36,005 nucleotides of DNA from Dicyema japonicum (lineage: Eukaryota > Animalia > Dicyemida). The notes under the pieces were generated by a model, which was not told the DNA's origin, ran no database searches, and saw only the letters and a list, made by a program, of their open reading frames with translations. The stretch covers positions 1-36,005 of the forward strand of contig RDEW01000107.1 in assembly GCA_011109175.1 (NCBI GenBank), in the 5' to 3' direction. The position numbers and the translations under genes were made by a program. Within the stretch, counting starts at the first letter, position 1. Every line of letters begins with the position of its first letter. This document shows, in pieces, positions 22,466 to 33,927 of the stretch.

Positions 22466-23335
22466 GCAAGTAAACCCATCGTATTCGCCAGCTTCCTTGC
22501 TTTCATGAAGTTTACCCTTTTGTTTATTTCTATAGGAATTTCGTCCATTTGAGCTCTGGACGCGAAGAGTCTCCCATTGCACCCTCGGTGGAGTCTACAA
22601 GTTCAATCCTATTATATTTCAAAAAGCACTGAAATCACGGATGAGATGAGGGAATTAGTAAAAATATTAATTATTTCAATTTATTATTATTATTATAATT
22701 ATTTAAATAATATTTTTTTAACATTTAAGTCCATGCTTTTCTTAATCGTGTTTTGTACTTTCTTTAGTGGCTATATTTAATCATTTTGGTCAATCCGGAA
22801 AGTAACATAATATTGCCAATTTCGGATCATGGCATACATTCAAGACAAATTCGATGTTTTATATGATGATTTGATAAGGTCGTAAGAATCATAATGATTT
22901 CCTATCTTTTTGATAAACTCTATATATTTGTTCAGATTATTTTTGTTTAACTTTAGCATTACATTTCTCCAAGGACTTAACTGCCTTGTGTGGACTTAAT
23001 GGTGGAATACCGAGCAAAGTTGAGGGACCTTCTTGGACGTGTGGGATTCCACATTTATCTTGTTCGGTCTTTGAAATAGTTTCATTTGTTGAACATACAT
23101 CAATGATTACTGTGACTTGTGTGTTTCTCTTTCTTAAGGTTAGTGCTGAAGAGGCCATTCAGGAGGGGTATCTACCGCTTTCATATACGAAGAGAGTTTT
23201 CCCATCAGGTCATTTTTTTGGCTGAGGCCAGACCGAGATACAAAAGATCATTGAACTGGAAATCAGAGGGCTTCATCTCTCCACAATATCTCTTTAATAG
23301 ATCTGTGATCAAAGTATCAAGTTTTAAATTCTGAT
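22466..23335. repeat. Dispersed ~870-bp duplication, copy B (paralog 12237-13095)
   Basis: Co-linear with 12237-13095; contains a (TTA)n tract at 22681-22696. Confidence 0.85.
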
Positions 23336-23364
23336 ATGATTATATGTTGTTACGCGCACGTATT

Positions 23365-23650
23365 ACTAATGTCGAATCGACGAACAAGGATGGAACAAGC
23401 AACCTTGGCCGTTCGCTTTGGTGGACTCGGAATTCTCTCACCATCTGATTTAGCACACCCGGCATATCAATCCTCATTGGACTCCAATCAGAATTTGATC
23501 ATGATGATTCTCCAGCTCCCATCAGAGTCGTCAAAGATCGAAGATTTGGTACACCCTAAAGTCAAACAACCCGGGCAGAGAGACCTTTATGAGTCTGTCT
23601 GCGAGGATAAATACGAGAGGCTTTTGAAAATATCTAACCGAAAATTGCTT
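23365..23650 (+). mobile_element. CRE-like retrotransposon fragment (post-RT region)
   Basis: MEQATLAVRFGGLGILSPSDLAHPAYQSS matches the CRE W.QA.LP...GGLG.R...LA.PAF.SS motif. Confidence 0.75.
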
Positions 23651-23659
23651 CTCTAGACG

Positions 23660-23965
23660 TTTCCATCGACGTCTACTTTGCTCATCTGTCCGTAGATCTT
23701 TTAGGTCTTCTGCAGATTTAAGTTTTCCTCCAATTCCATTAAGATCCTTCTTTAGAGCATGGGGAGGGTGCTTCTAGGCCTTTTTCTGAACGATGGTTTG
23801 TTCTTATTGTTAAAGTAATTGTACATTATTATATTTGCAGAGGCGTTTATGTCCATTCTAAGCACGTGCCCAAACAATCTCCATCTTGATTCAATAATGT
23901 CGATGCTTATCGGCCTCGATTGTGCCTCAGAGTATAATTTCTTATTTGAAATTTTCTTGGGTCAA
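23660..23965 (-). mobile_element. RTE-like LINE 3' fragment
   Basis: Near copy of 15240-15535 (PSFRKRPRSTLPML...). Confidence 0.75.
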
Positions 23966-24375
23966 CCTAGGCACATTATATTCGTAGCCTTTTTTTACTC
24001 CTTATATTGTCGACTAACAAGAAATTAATACCCAAAAAATTTATCTGGGACTACAAATTTTACTTTAATGTGAAATCTTTAACCTCATCCGTGAAGAGAC
24101 GCTTAAAAATATCTGATAGTAATTCAACAAATGTCCTGCTTTATCTTTTAATAATGAATATTTTCAGGCAATAAATGTACTAAAATATTTGGAATTGGCT
24201 TTTACCCATCTCTGTTTACTTCAAACAGAACGACTCTTCACTAAGCCAAGCGAAATTCAAATGCTCGAGTTCTGGCAGGGCATTCTAACGGCCAAATAAT
24301 AATAATATTTAACACTCATTTACAATGAGTTTACAAGGACTACCCTTATTTATGCTCTCCTAGCTGGGTTTATGG
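23965..24375 (+). pseudogene. Decayed unknown gene family 'X', copy C (3' half, SINE-free)
   Basis: Matches 17105-17170, 19560-19760 and 20160-20305; ends TTLIYALLAGFM. Confidence 0.5.
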
Positions 24376-24724
24376 GACCCTCGAAGAGAACAAGATACTT
24401 GACGCAAACCTGAGATTATCGTTAACAGAACTGTTACTCTCGGTAATTTCAGAACATCTCTGTCAATAGGCACAGCCATATGCGAAGTTCAAATGCAATT
24501 GAAACGAGACATAAGTGGTCTCCAAACGTGTTATAACTTTTTAGCATTAAATATCAATTTGTCATTTTTGATTCAATCAGTTTTTTAATTCTTTTTCTGA
24601 ATCAACCCGGATGATAATCATGGATTTATGAATATATCAAATCTTTTTTATATCATTCAAATTTGTATGTAAGGTATAAATAAATATCTGTGTTGTCATA
24701 TTTTTTATCATAAAAATCAAACCA

Positions 24725-24905
24725 TTACCATTACGCCCCCATTGCTGTGGAGACAACTGGAACTGTACGCGCGAAGACGAACGCCTTTCTCCACATCATT
24801 GGAAGCAAACTCGCCTCAAAAAGTGCAAGCTACAGGAGGGATACTGGTTGAGGCAGAGGCTCGAAATGGCGATTATGAGGTAGCGCCTTCGCCATTCTGT
24901 CGTCG
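24725..24905 (+). mobile_element. CRE-like 3'-end fragment
   Basis: YAPIAVETTGTV...FLHIIGSKL...YWLRQRLEMAIMR matches the CRE C-terminus F.P.AVET.G...WL.QRISIAIQRGN. Confidence 0.7.
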
Positions 24906-25524
24906 TAATTATTGCCTAATTTTCATTATTTAAAAATTATTTTAATAAAAATCAAATAAACTAAAATTGTTTTTCTTAAAGAAATAATTAATGATTGATC
25001 GAGATCCTCTGACATTTCGTCAAATTGCTTAGCTTTGTGTCTCTAGAATTAGTCACAATTCACCTTGTGTTCCAATCACTTTCCTTTTTCACTTTGATTT
25101 AAAAGTGAAATTCTTGCTTCACTCACAATTTCCTAAAATTTTTGTAACTAATAGTTAGTTAGTAAAATGGCCTCACTTGCTTGTAGGAGTCTAGCGGCAA
25201 TTAAGAAGGATGCAGCAAATGCTGTCGATTCTATAGATCGGTTATTCTTGTAGACAGACAGTAATATTTTAGGAAATTAAAAAAGTAATTTACATTCAAC
25301 TCGGAAAATTTGTAAAAGGCTATGTTAGATTTCGAGTGCATCTTATTTTTATGGAAGATTAATATTAGACATTTAATTTTTACAATCGTATTATTGTAAC
25401 TACACATATTTTAAAGTATACCGCTTTTTTGTTTCTGAATGCAATATCTTAGTGATATTCTTTTAACTACTGTTTAGGTAACTAAAATTTATTTAAGAAA
25501 GAAAATAGAGTAACGGTTATATAG

Positions 25525-25980
25525 AAGCTGCCCAGACTGCGTGGCTATTCCTTCTCAGGATAGCGAGCGAGATTCGCTAGAACAACCAGCAGCGCTCACG
25601 AGCGTCTCCTTTTCGAGTAGCGATCCGAATTCCTAGACGACTAAAGAATTCCAGCGTCGCAGTCGCAAGGGAACCAGACGTCTCAACGGTGAGTGGAACA
25701 ATCAAAAAATCCTTGGACAGGAGCGCGTACTTTTCCCGTTTCATCTTCTCGGCCTTCTCAGCGGCAGAACAGGGTCCAGAGGCACTCTGGAGTAGGTTGA
25801 AAGAGGCAAATGTGTCGTTGCAGGTAACATCCCAGACAAGAGGTTTCTCAGCTTCAAAAAGGAAGTTTGTCATCTTATCTGGTCGTTTCCCGTCCCCCGC
25901 AAAAGCCGACAGGTTCGAGCACGGAGAGTGTCGGCGGAGTCCAAAGCTCGCATAACGACTTTGTTCAAGGCCATTGGTAA
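25525..25980 (-). mobile_element. CRE-like non-LTR retrotransposon, RLE domain and 3' end (best-preserved copy)
   Basis: LEPVGFCGGDGKRPDKMTNFLFEAEKPLVWDVTCNDTFAS...KREKYALL...VPLTVETSG...ERCWLF*RISLAILRRN. Confidence 0.9.
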
Positions 25981-26299
25981 CTCTCTGGTAAGGGAATAAA
26001 TTTTGTCTTTAGCAACAAATTTATGCAATTTTCTCCACAGACGAATAACGTTAAATAAAATACTTGATATTCGTACTTCACTTGGATATTCTTTTCAATA
26101 AACTATGGAATAATCTCTTAGATTGGTAGAACTCAATTATTACTTTTATTCTGAAGACTGGAAAGCAAAAGGGAGATCGAGCCATCCACAGTCATAACTC
26201 ACTGATTTGCTCGAAAGCAAAACTCCATTAAAAACTAATACTTTAGGTGATACTCCATCACTTCCACAATCAAAATTTAACACGAATTTAGTCTTGAAC

Positions 26300-26430
26300 A
26301 CGTCTTCAACATTTAACTGTGGACTTCTTAATGCGAAGCCACCGACAGAAATAGTTTTCATTGACATGAAAAGGCATTCGACACTGCGTCGATTAAACAT
26401 CTCATTGCCTAAAACTACTCCACTACCAAA
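26300..26430 (+). mobile_element. LINE reverse-transcriptase relic
   Basis: VFIDMK[shift]AFDTA resembles the RT F.D..KAFD motif; short and degenerate. Confidence 0.4.
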
Positions 26431-26431
26431 A

Positions 26432-26862
26432 TCAGATTAAGATCGAGATTGACTCAGACCTCCCACTCTCCAATATGTAACCTGTTCTTCTGAGAAATAG
26501 CTGTCGCGAAATGATTTACACTTTCCGAGATGGAACGTGCAAAATTTAATAAGCTAAATTAAAAAAGTTTTCTTTCTAGCGGGTATAATCAACACTAAGA
26601 ATCATGGTGAACGAGAGAGTCTGCGTATCATGATTGGCTTTTTCTCAGATTCGACGTATTGACCCGCACATGTGACGTTTTAAAGAAATCTTTCGTTTTA
26701 GGCGTGATGAGCATCAATAAATTTACGGTTTCGCGTTTTGTATTTTCTGACTATTCAGACTTTACTGATAAATTTACTAAAAAAATTATTTTGATGTCTA
26801 TAATATGACTAAATTGTATGATATCGTACTTTCCGAAGAACCATGTCAGTTATCGCTCCCCA
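26432..26862. repeat. Dispersed duplicated segment, copy B (paralog 1-429)
   Basis: Co-linear with 1-429; ends at the N at 26863. Confidence 0.9.
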
Positions 26863-27066
26863 NTGGAGATATAGTCCGTGATGTCACCAGCCGCTCTTTC
26901 CCATAGTTAATAAATAATATTTTGTTGTTAATAAATTTTTCACATTAAAAAAATAAAAAAATTCAAAATTTTATTAAAAAACAATTTTAAATTAAGAAGA
27001 CTCTCGAATCAGATTCCACGTGCATATATTTTATGTGAACAGATATATTCAGAAAGTCAATATATG

Positions 27067-27260
27067 AAGTTCCGCCAACCTTGCATATTTTTCATTTTTC
27101 CTTTTAACCAGGAATTGGCATACGAGGACTTATCCCGTAAGCAAGATTTAGAGCAAAATTACGCGTTTTCTCAAATTTCTTTATGACTTTTTTTGAGTCT
27201 TACCATATTTCTAAACCAATAATTTTGCAAGAAATATTTCGGAATTGTAGACATAACAAA
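27067..27260. repeat. Diverged interspersed repeat (paralog ~32950-33140)
   Basis: agttcc.ccaaccttgca.atttttc...cgtaagc...agagcaaa...gttttctca.attt occurs at both loci. Confidence 0.65.
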
Positions 27261-27434
27261 CAAAGGTCTCATTACAGTCGTCACAAGTTATTAATTTTTA
27301 AATTATTCTTCATTAACAGCATGCATTTATTACTACAATGCGACCCTGAATTAGGATAGACGCCAGTTGACGCATTTTATGAGTTTTTTAATCAGCATTT
27401 TGGCTGAGTAAAATGAAAACTAAAATTTTGGGGT

Positions 27435-28030
27435 ACAGTAAAATTGTGCGGCATCAATTTCTAAACTACATTTCGCGCCTAACCACCTTGTTTCATTGCA
27501 GTCGCTTATGTCGACGATAAATGCAAGTGGGTCACTGAAGTTGTCTAATGTTCTGATGCCAGGATACATCCTGTTGAACTGGCGATTCTGTTTAACTGTG
27601 GCGATAGTAGAGGATCGGATGAAAAGAAATACCAAGTCTATAACTCTCTTTCTAAGAAGAGAAAGGTCCTTGAGAAAATATAGAATTAGTTAAAATTCTA
27701 CGACGCTCACTGAATTTGTATACAACAAAAAGACCATCCTACCAATGGTCCAGGACAAGGACCTCAAACAGATTGAGAAGCAAATCAGAGATGAAGAGGA
27801 TTTAGATAGACCACTGAAGATTGCTTGTGGCAGGAACATAAGAAAAGGTTTCTCGGTTGCACATGATTTGCCATGACCACAACATTAGTGATAATATTGA
27901 GTGGCTTGAAGCACGTGATGCTCATATATTGAATTTGTATTTCTGCCAAAAAATACAACTCCCTACATGTAACCGTTAGATATGGGGATATTCGAGACCT
28001 TCAAAGATTATGATTCCAATTCCAAATCCT
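27435..28030 (+). mobile_element. pogo/Tigger-like DNA transposon relic, internally deleted
   Basis: TACAGTAAAA-type terminus at ~27435, N-terminal MKRNTKSITL, and DDE_1-like LPKNTTPYM*PLDMGIFETFKDY at ~27945-28015. Confidence 0.6.
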
Positions 28031-28133
28031 TAGTCAAATTCAGAATATTGAAAATTAATTTAAACAGTATATTTTAAATAAAATAATTAATTATAACAAA
28101 ATGAAGAAATAAATAAATAAAAAATAATCTCAG

Positions 28134-28548
28134 TCGACATAATCGACGTTGCGTCTTCTCTAACGATTGCAACGTAGTTCAACTGGAGAAGCCACTGGGT
28201 CTCACGTGTGTCGTGGATTTTGAGTGTAACCAGACGTACCAGCTTTTTGCAGAATCCAAGGGATTTCCCACTTATTCCTCCAGTGATCTTAGCTACAATG
28301 GGACAGAACGTGAATCTGTCAACAGCACTTCGTATTTTTTCCTTGACCTTATTAGTTATCCCGATCCCAACAATGTTGAATGGACAAAGGGCATTGATGA
28401 ACGCAGAATATCAATAAGTTACAGAAAGATTGTAATTCCGACAGGCCATTTTCCTTCTCCTCTGTCAAGGCAGACTGGTTCCAATATGGAAGGGAAAAAT
28501 AGTTCATTTTTAAAACTAATACTTTGTCAGTTAATCATGATTATTTAA
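28134..28548 (+). CDS. Orphan exon or fragment of a Cys-containing, N-glycosylated protein
   Basis: The frame stays open upstream of the track start to a ctcag acceptor at 28129-28133 (RRCVFSNDCNVVQLEKPLGLTCVVDFECNQTY...). Sequons NQT, NGT, NST, NSS. No upstream exon or ATG found, so it may be a pseudogene. Confidence 0.4.
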
Positions 28549-29181
28549 GAAATCTAAAAATACGTATTTTTTTTCTGGCAGTTGATTCGTATTTTTCGTT
28601 ATTAAAATGAAACACAAAATAAAGTTTAAAGACCGCAGTCCTAACTGAGTGACTATTTCTTTCAGAATTGCACGGAAATCCATTTTTTTATTACTAGCAA
28701 TATAGCCACTTTTATTATCACCCAATACAAGTGATTTCTGATAGATAATCTTCCAAGTTCTTTCTCTCTCATCACAGGAGAGATTTAACTGAAGAAATAA
28801 TTAAAAAAATACAGTCGACACTCGCAAATTGACCATTTTTGGTTTAAAATTTTGTGGCCAATTTGAAAAAATAAAATCAATAAATTTGAAAACAGTGAAC
28901 AAATAATTTTTTAGAAAATGCCTTAAATTAAAAAACGAATTTATGTTTTATTAAAATAAAATTTAATTTTTAAATGTTTTTCTTTGCTTCGATAATTCCT
29001 GCTGTGTACCTTCTTTTTGAAGAAATTAGAGAAACTTCATGTTCATTCTCAACATTGGCTAAGAGTTCCCTTTCCATTGCAGCTAATCTAACTAAAATAT
29101 ATTTTTTGTATACGTGTTTTATTTTTTCCGATTCTTGTTCATTATTTTCCGAATATTCTGAATAATTTTCAATTCCATTAA

Positions 29182-29577
29182 ATGCTGCCTTGGTAGGCAT
29201 TATTCATGGTGAGTTAATTATAGTTGATTTAACCGAAGAACATTGTAAAAGAAGGTTTCAATCTCTTCGTAGTCAAATAAAACGCATTCAATGAAAGTCA
29301 CTCTTATTTAAATAGTCATGTTAATGGCATCCGAACAAGAACAAAGATATTTGTAATGATGAATTTAATAATATAATGTATTATGCAACATTAGGACATC
29401 TTCGCGAAAATAATAAAAAATATAAGAGTGCTGACCCACAGACATTTTTGCCAGAAAATTTCATTTGTTAGAAAAGCACTGACAATACTTTCCGAAAGCC
29501 AGAATAATGCTACAGCTAATAGATTAGAACTGTACTTGACTTGTGTGAAGAGCATGTCGTCTAATCGTGAGAATTAG
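29182..29577 (+). pseudogene. Small secreted Cys-patterned protein family, pseudogene copy
   Basis: Starts ATG CTG CCT (MLP, as in the 31467 copy) with an early stop. Intron remnant 29209-29238, then DICNDEFNNIMYYATLGHLRE...LYLTCVKSMSSNREN* across several frameshifts. Confidence 0.85.
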
Positions 29578-30377
29578 TTAGCTAATGGATAATTTTACTT
29601 CCTCAGTTAAAATCGTTATCAATAAATTTTCTATTCATTAAATATAGGATTAAAATAATTAGTGCCATTAGGAACAAATCAGGCTAGAGCAGGTCAAAGG
29701 AAATAATCATCCCTTGGACATCGTTTGCTACGTCTAATTGTCTTCGATCTGATTTGTTCCTAATTCTTTTGTTCTAACAAGTAAAACAAGCCAAATAAAG
29801 TATCTTGTACAATTTACTAAACTGATCCGTGATAGTTAAATTAATCCAAATGATCATTACATCAGGTATAATTTAGATTATAAACTTTTTTGTTCTTTAT
29901 TAAGTTTTCTTTGTTGTTTTGTATTGTCGTGAAGTACTAATATTGCATAAAATAACTTTATCATTTAGGATAGTGACTTCCAGTTCTATTCGTTAAGTCA
30001 ACAATATTATTTACTTTTAGATTTCTTTTTGTGTTCAATATGCTCGAGTCAGAAAGTATTCTTTTCTGTTTATCGAGTTTTATGAATTATTATGGTTTTC
30101 GGAAACTCTAAAAAATAACATTTTTAGGATTTTATAATTCTTGATATTTCATAATCTGATATCACAATCATCATATATACAGTAAGATAGCTACTAGTTC
30201 TCTTTCCTTTTTTTACTGTAGTGGTATGTTCATATGATCCACATGTTCATGTGTGTCCAGTTCAAAGGTGGCTCGAAAAAGGGTCATTTATCTCCTACTG
30301 AGGTATCACGCAGTCATTACTATTCTGGTTCTAATTGTTGAATGTTCCGCACATTTATGATGATTTGGTATTACGAT

Positions 30378-30560
30378 TGACGCTGTCATCAATAAATGCT
30401 TCACTGCAGAACCAGATCTTTCAAGTAAGACTGACACTCAGGAAAAAAAAAAAAAAAGTTAAAGGACATTACTTGGTTCTCTTCCCTTAATACGGTTCGT
30501 TACTCTAACAAAGTGTGTCCTGTTTATGCAGAACTATAAATAACAAGATTTCGCGAAAAG
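30378..30560 (+). mobile_element. SINE copy, core and tail (5'-truncated)
   Basis: gacgctgtcatcaataaatgcttcactgcagaac...A-run...aaagtgtgtcctgtttatgcagaactataaa...cgcgaaaagg aligns with 19950-20145. Confidence 0.7.
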
Positions 30561-31134
30561 GTTGTTAATATTAATTTTTATTATATCGATAAAAATATAT
30601 TTGAGTCGATTTTAGCTTAATTTAACATTTCTAAACTCAAAGTGAATTAATGACATGAATGTTACGATGGTGACTTATCCATATTCTCTATTGCAATAAA
30701 TGTATGGGTTAGCTTCTTGATGAATAAAGCGCCTTTTCTTCTTCGTAACGTGAACTTGGACGAGGTAAAGTACTCAAAAACATCGGAAACCAGAGGTTCT
30801 AAACGAAGCACTGTCTTATGCTCGTAATATCTGAATTAAATCCCGTAAGCCAAAAAATTAAAAATCTTCCAAGAACTGTCATAATCGTGAATGGTAGCTA
30901 AAATTTTCAACTCACGTTTATTCTGTAGACATAGTCCTTCTCTCAGTGGAATAGAAATTCGAAATTTCTTTGCTTTAAAAAATACTTGAAAGTTGAATAT
31001 ATCTCTAGCAAGCAACCTTCTCGGAGGCGTGCAAAGAGCTGTCATTAGCTTCTACACGTAAACGAAACAGGAATTAAAATTTATTTAACTCAACAATAAT
31101 TATTGAATAATCACATTAGCAAGATGTTCCAATG

Positions 31135-31240
31135 TTATAAATGATATAGTTCCAGGTTCGAATTTTGCTGATGTACATTCCAAAAAAAGGTTTCTCGCAT
31201 CTGCGATGCTTATGGTTTGACGGGTGATTTCTTGAAAGAT
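31135..31240 (+). mobile_element. SINE 5' fragment (B-box and start of core)
   Basis: caggttcgaattttgctgatgtacatt...gcatctgcgatgc..atggtttgacgggtga aligns with 19878-19955. Confidence 0.55.
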
Positions 31241-31435
31241 AGGGTCAAAAATATCTCAATACCCGATAGTTAAAAGGTTTTAATGGAAATTGGGGATTAC
31301 CACATATTGGAGTCTTAGTTTAAGCAACTTGATGGGTGATACTAATCATGTTATCGACATCAGGTAAGATATATTCTCAGCTGTATGTCGTGTGAGAGCA
31401 AAATAAATTTATAAATATGCATTCACATCTTATTT

Positions 31436-31445
31436 TATATAAAAG
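31436..31445 (+). promoter_or_regulatory. TATA-like element upstream of the secreted-protein gene (conserved in the paralog at 33897-33906)
   Basis: tataaaagaac...acgttagc.aa.taATG is shared by both intact paralogs, with the TATA core about 30 nt before the ATG. Confidence 0.5.
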
Positions 31446-31466
31446 AACATTTACGTTAGCCAAGTA

Positions 31467-31908
31467 ATGCTACCTTTTATGATAAGATTGATTTCTTTAC
31501 TAATACAGAAAAGACTTCTGGACCCAGCTCAAATATTACCAAGTAATTAAATTATAGGTAATTTTAATAGTTCAACAATGTGAAAGAAGGGCTATTTTTA
31601 TTCTGGTGCAATTTTACAAATGGATACTAAGTCACTCTCAATTAAAAAATCACATTAATGGTATTCGAAATGAAAACAGGGATATTTGTAATGAAGAATA
31701 TAATAATATAATGTATTATGCAACATTAGGGCATCTTCGCGAACTTAATGAAGAATTTAGAAGGGATAACCCAAAGACTTATTGCCAGAAAATTCCTTAT
31801 ATTCTTGAAGCACTGTCAATATTTTCAGATAACCAGAATGCGACAAATAATGGATTTGGACTTTACTTGGCGTGTGTGGAAAGTACATCGTCTAATGTTG
31901 AGAATTAG
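31467..31908 (+). CDS. Small putatively secreted helical protein, 4 Cys (137 aa, 2 exons)
   Basis: Exons 31467-31542 and 31571-31908, intron 28 nt (GT-AG, phase 1): MLPFMIRLISLLIQKRLLDPAQILPIQQCERRAIFILVQFYKW...DICNEEYNNIMYYATLGHLRE...TYCQKIPY...LYLACVESTSSNVEN*. The N-terminal hydrophobic stretch is weaker than in the paralog. Confidence 0.8.
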
Positions 31909-32399
31909 TTAACTAGTTGATAATTTTACTTTCTCGGTTAAAACGTTATCAATAAATTTTCTATATTCATTAAAATATCAGGATTATAATATTTAGAAGG
32001 TATAAGCAACAAATCAGGCTACAGCTGCCGAACGGAAGATCGTTATAAAAAATTAAAATAATTCCAATGACCAAGGGTAACCAAACTAACTAACTCATTG
32101 ATCCTGATTTGTTCCAACGTTCCAGAAGTTGTCTCCAGGAAACAGATTGTCCCGGGGAAGAATAGTTGGATCCTCTTGATGCCGGACAGGCATTATGCAT
32201 CTCCTCAGTAAAGTGATCCATTGATGCCATCGACTCCATGAATTTTTTTGGGATTCCATGAATTTTTTCTTGTTTTTCTGCACCTCTCCTTGGCAAATCA
32301 TATCATAGCGTTTACTGCACTGAACAGAGACTTAATCGCTAGTAATGTGTCAGATCTAATTAAAATAAGATTTCCTAAGAAAAATCTGTTGATGCAATC

Positions 32400-32496
32400 A
32401 ACAAAGTCGTCTTTGAGTCTCTTGTACATATTAGTCTATTGGGAGTTCCCTTTTAACAATTTCTTAAGGGAAATGTCGTCAGTCGGTTAGCAAACT
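32400..32496. repeat. Short dispersed repeat (paralog ~15045-15140)
   Basis: tcgtc.ttgagt.tcttgtac.tattagt...ttaacaattt.ctaag.gaaatgtcgtcagtc..ttagcaaact occurs at both loci. Confidence 0.7.
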
Positions 32497-33149
32497 CTTC
32501 AGCTTTATCATGCGGACTGAATGCCGAATTTTTAGCATTTTGCTGATTTCATTTATTTGGCTCCGAATTTTTTTTAATTTTATTGCCCAAGGATCAATGT
32601 GTTAAAAGAGAAAAAATGTTCTGCTGACTAAGTGATCTCAAATCATTAAGAGATCGCAGATTTGAATGCATAGCTAATCTATTTGCAGGGGGAACATGCT
32701 AGAATTATCAACTGCGTTTACTGTCCTCCCTTATCAACAACGATTAATTGGTGAGAAGATTATTTCAGTACGTCTACTTTAAGTAATTAAGTTATGTGCG
32801 AAAATAATAATATGAACGGTAGGGTTTGTCAACAGACTTCTACACAGACAGCCTCACAAGAAATCAACAAACTCATGGTTATATTTGAAACTCATGGTTA
32901 AGTCTCAAATACTTTAGTTCGGTCTTTGTAACCTCGAATAAGATTTTCGATAGTTCCACCAACCTTGCAAATTTTTCCTTCCACCACAGAAAAATGGTAC
33001 ACGAAAATTTACCTCGTAAGCTTGCTTCAGAGCAAATTGCAAGTTTTCTCAGATTTTTTGAAAATTAACTGTCACCTTTTTGGTTCGTACCGTTTTTCTT
33101 AACCGTTGAACATTCAAGGAAATATTGGGAAGTAGATGATATTAAAAAT

Positions 33150-33590
33150 GGTATCCTACTCGATTTTAACTTTCTAACTCATAACAGAGCGTTTGTAGCT
33201 TTTTTCTTTCGTATTTCGGAATGATTCATGAAAATACCTCCCTGGTCAATTGAGAGGGCAAGGTATTTCAAAGCCTTCTTCTGAGATATGTTTTGTAACG
33301 TGTTCTTTATTTAATTAGCCTCCTGCTTCCATTTATCCTCACCACATTACGCTTCTCATCTGCGACTAAAAGAAAGTTTTCATTACACAAATCTTCGATC
33401 AGTTCCATGTATTTCTTAAACCGTTGGGTTTAAAGAGACATGATAAGTTATGACATCATCAGCGTACATCAAGATTTCTGTACGTGGGTTTTCTTGGGAA
33501 GGCAATTTATTTTTCAGTTTTCTTGGAAGGCATTACAATGTTAATAAAAGTGGACTGAGAACTGAATCCTATCGACACCTCTGTTCAGTC
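33150..33590 (-). mobile_element. LINE RT relic
   Basis: Minus strand R*DSVLSPLL (QG.VLSPLLF) and EILMYADDV (33452-33478). Confidence 0.65.
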
Positions 33591-33927
33591 AAATTTCACG
33601 AGAATCATATTTTAAAAATTAAAAATTGAATTATTATCCTTATTTTTGACTACATGGCGCCATGTGTGCTATATAGCTAGTTTGTCATAATATTTTCCTT
33701 CCTTTCGATGGCGTCTTTGGAATCACTTTACTGAGGAGACGCTTAGATTTTCATTAATGGGATTATTGGTTTTAGAATCAGGATTGATAATTATATCAAT
33801 GTTCTCGATTATATATCAGATAAAATATATTTTCTAGGCTGTTTGATGTATGAAGGCAAAATATTTTTTTAATTTTGCAATGGCACTGGCGCGTTAAATA
33901 TAAAAGAACACATACGTTAGCAAAATA

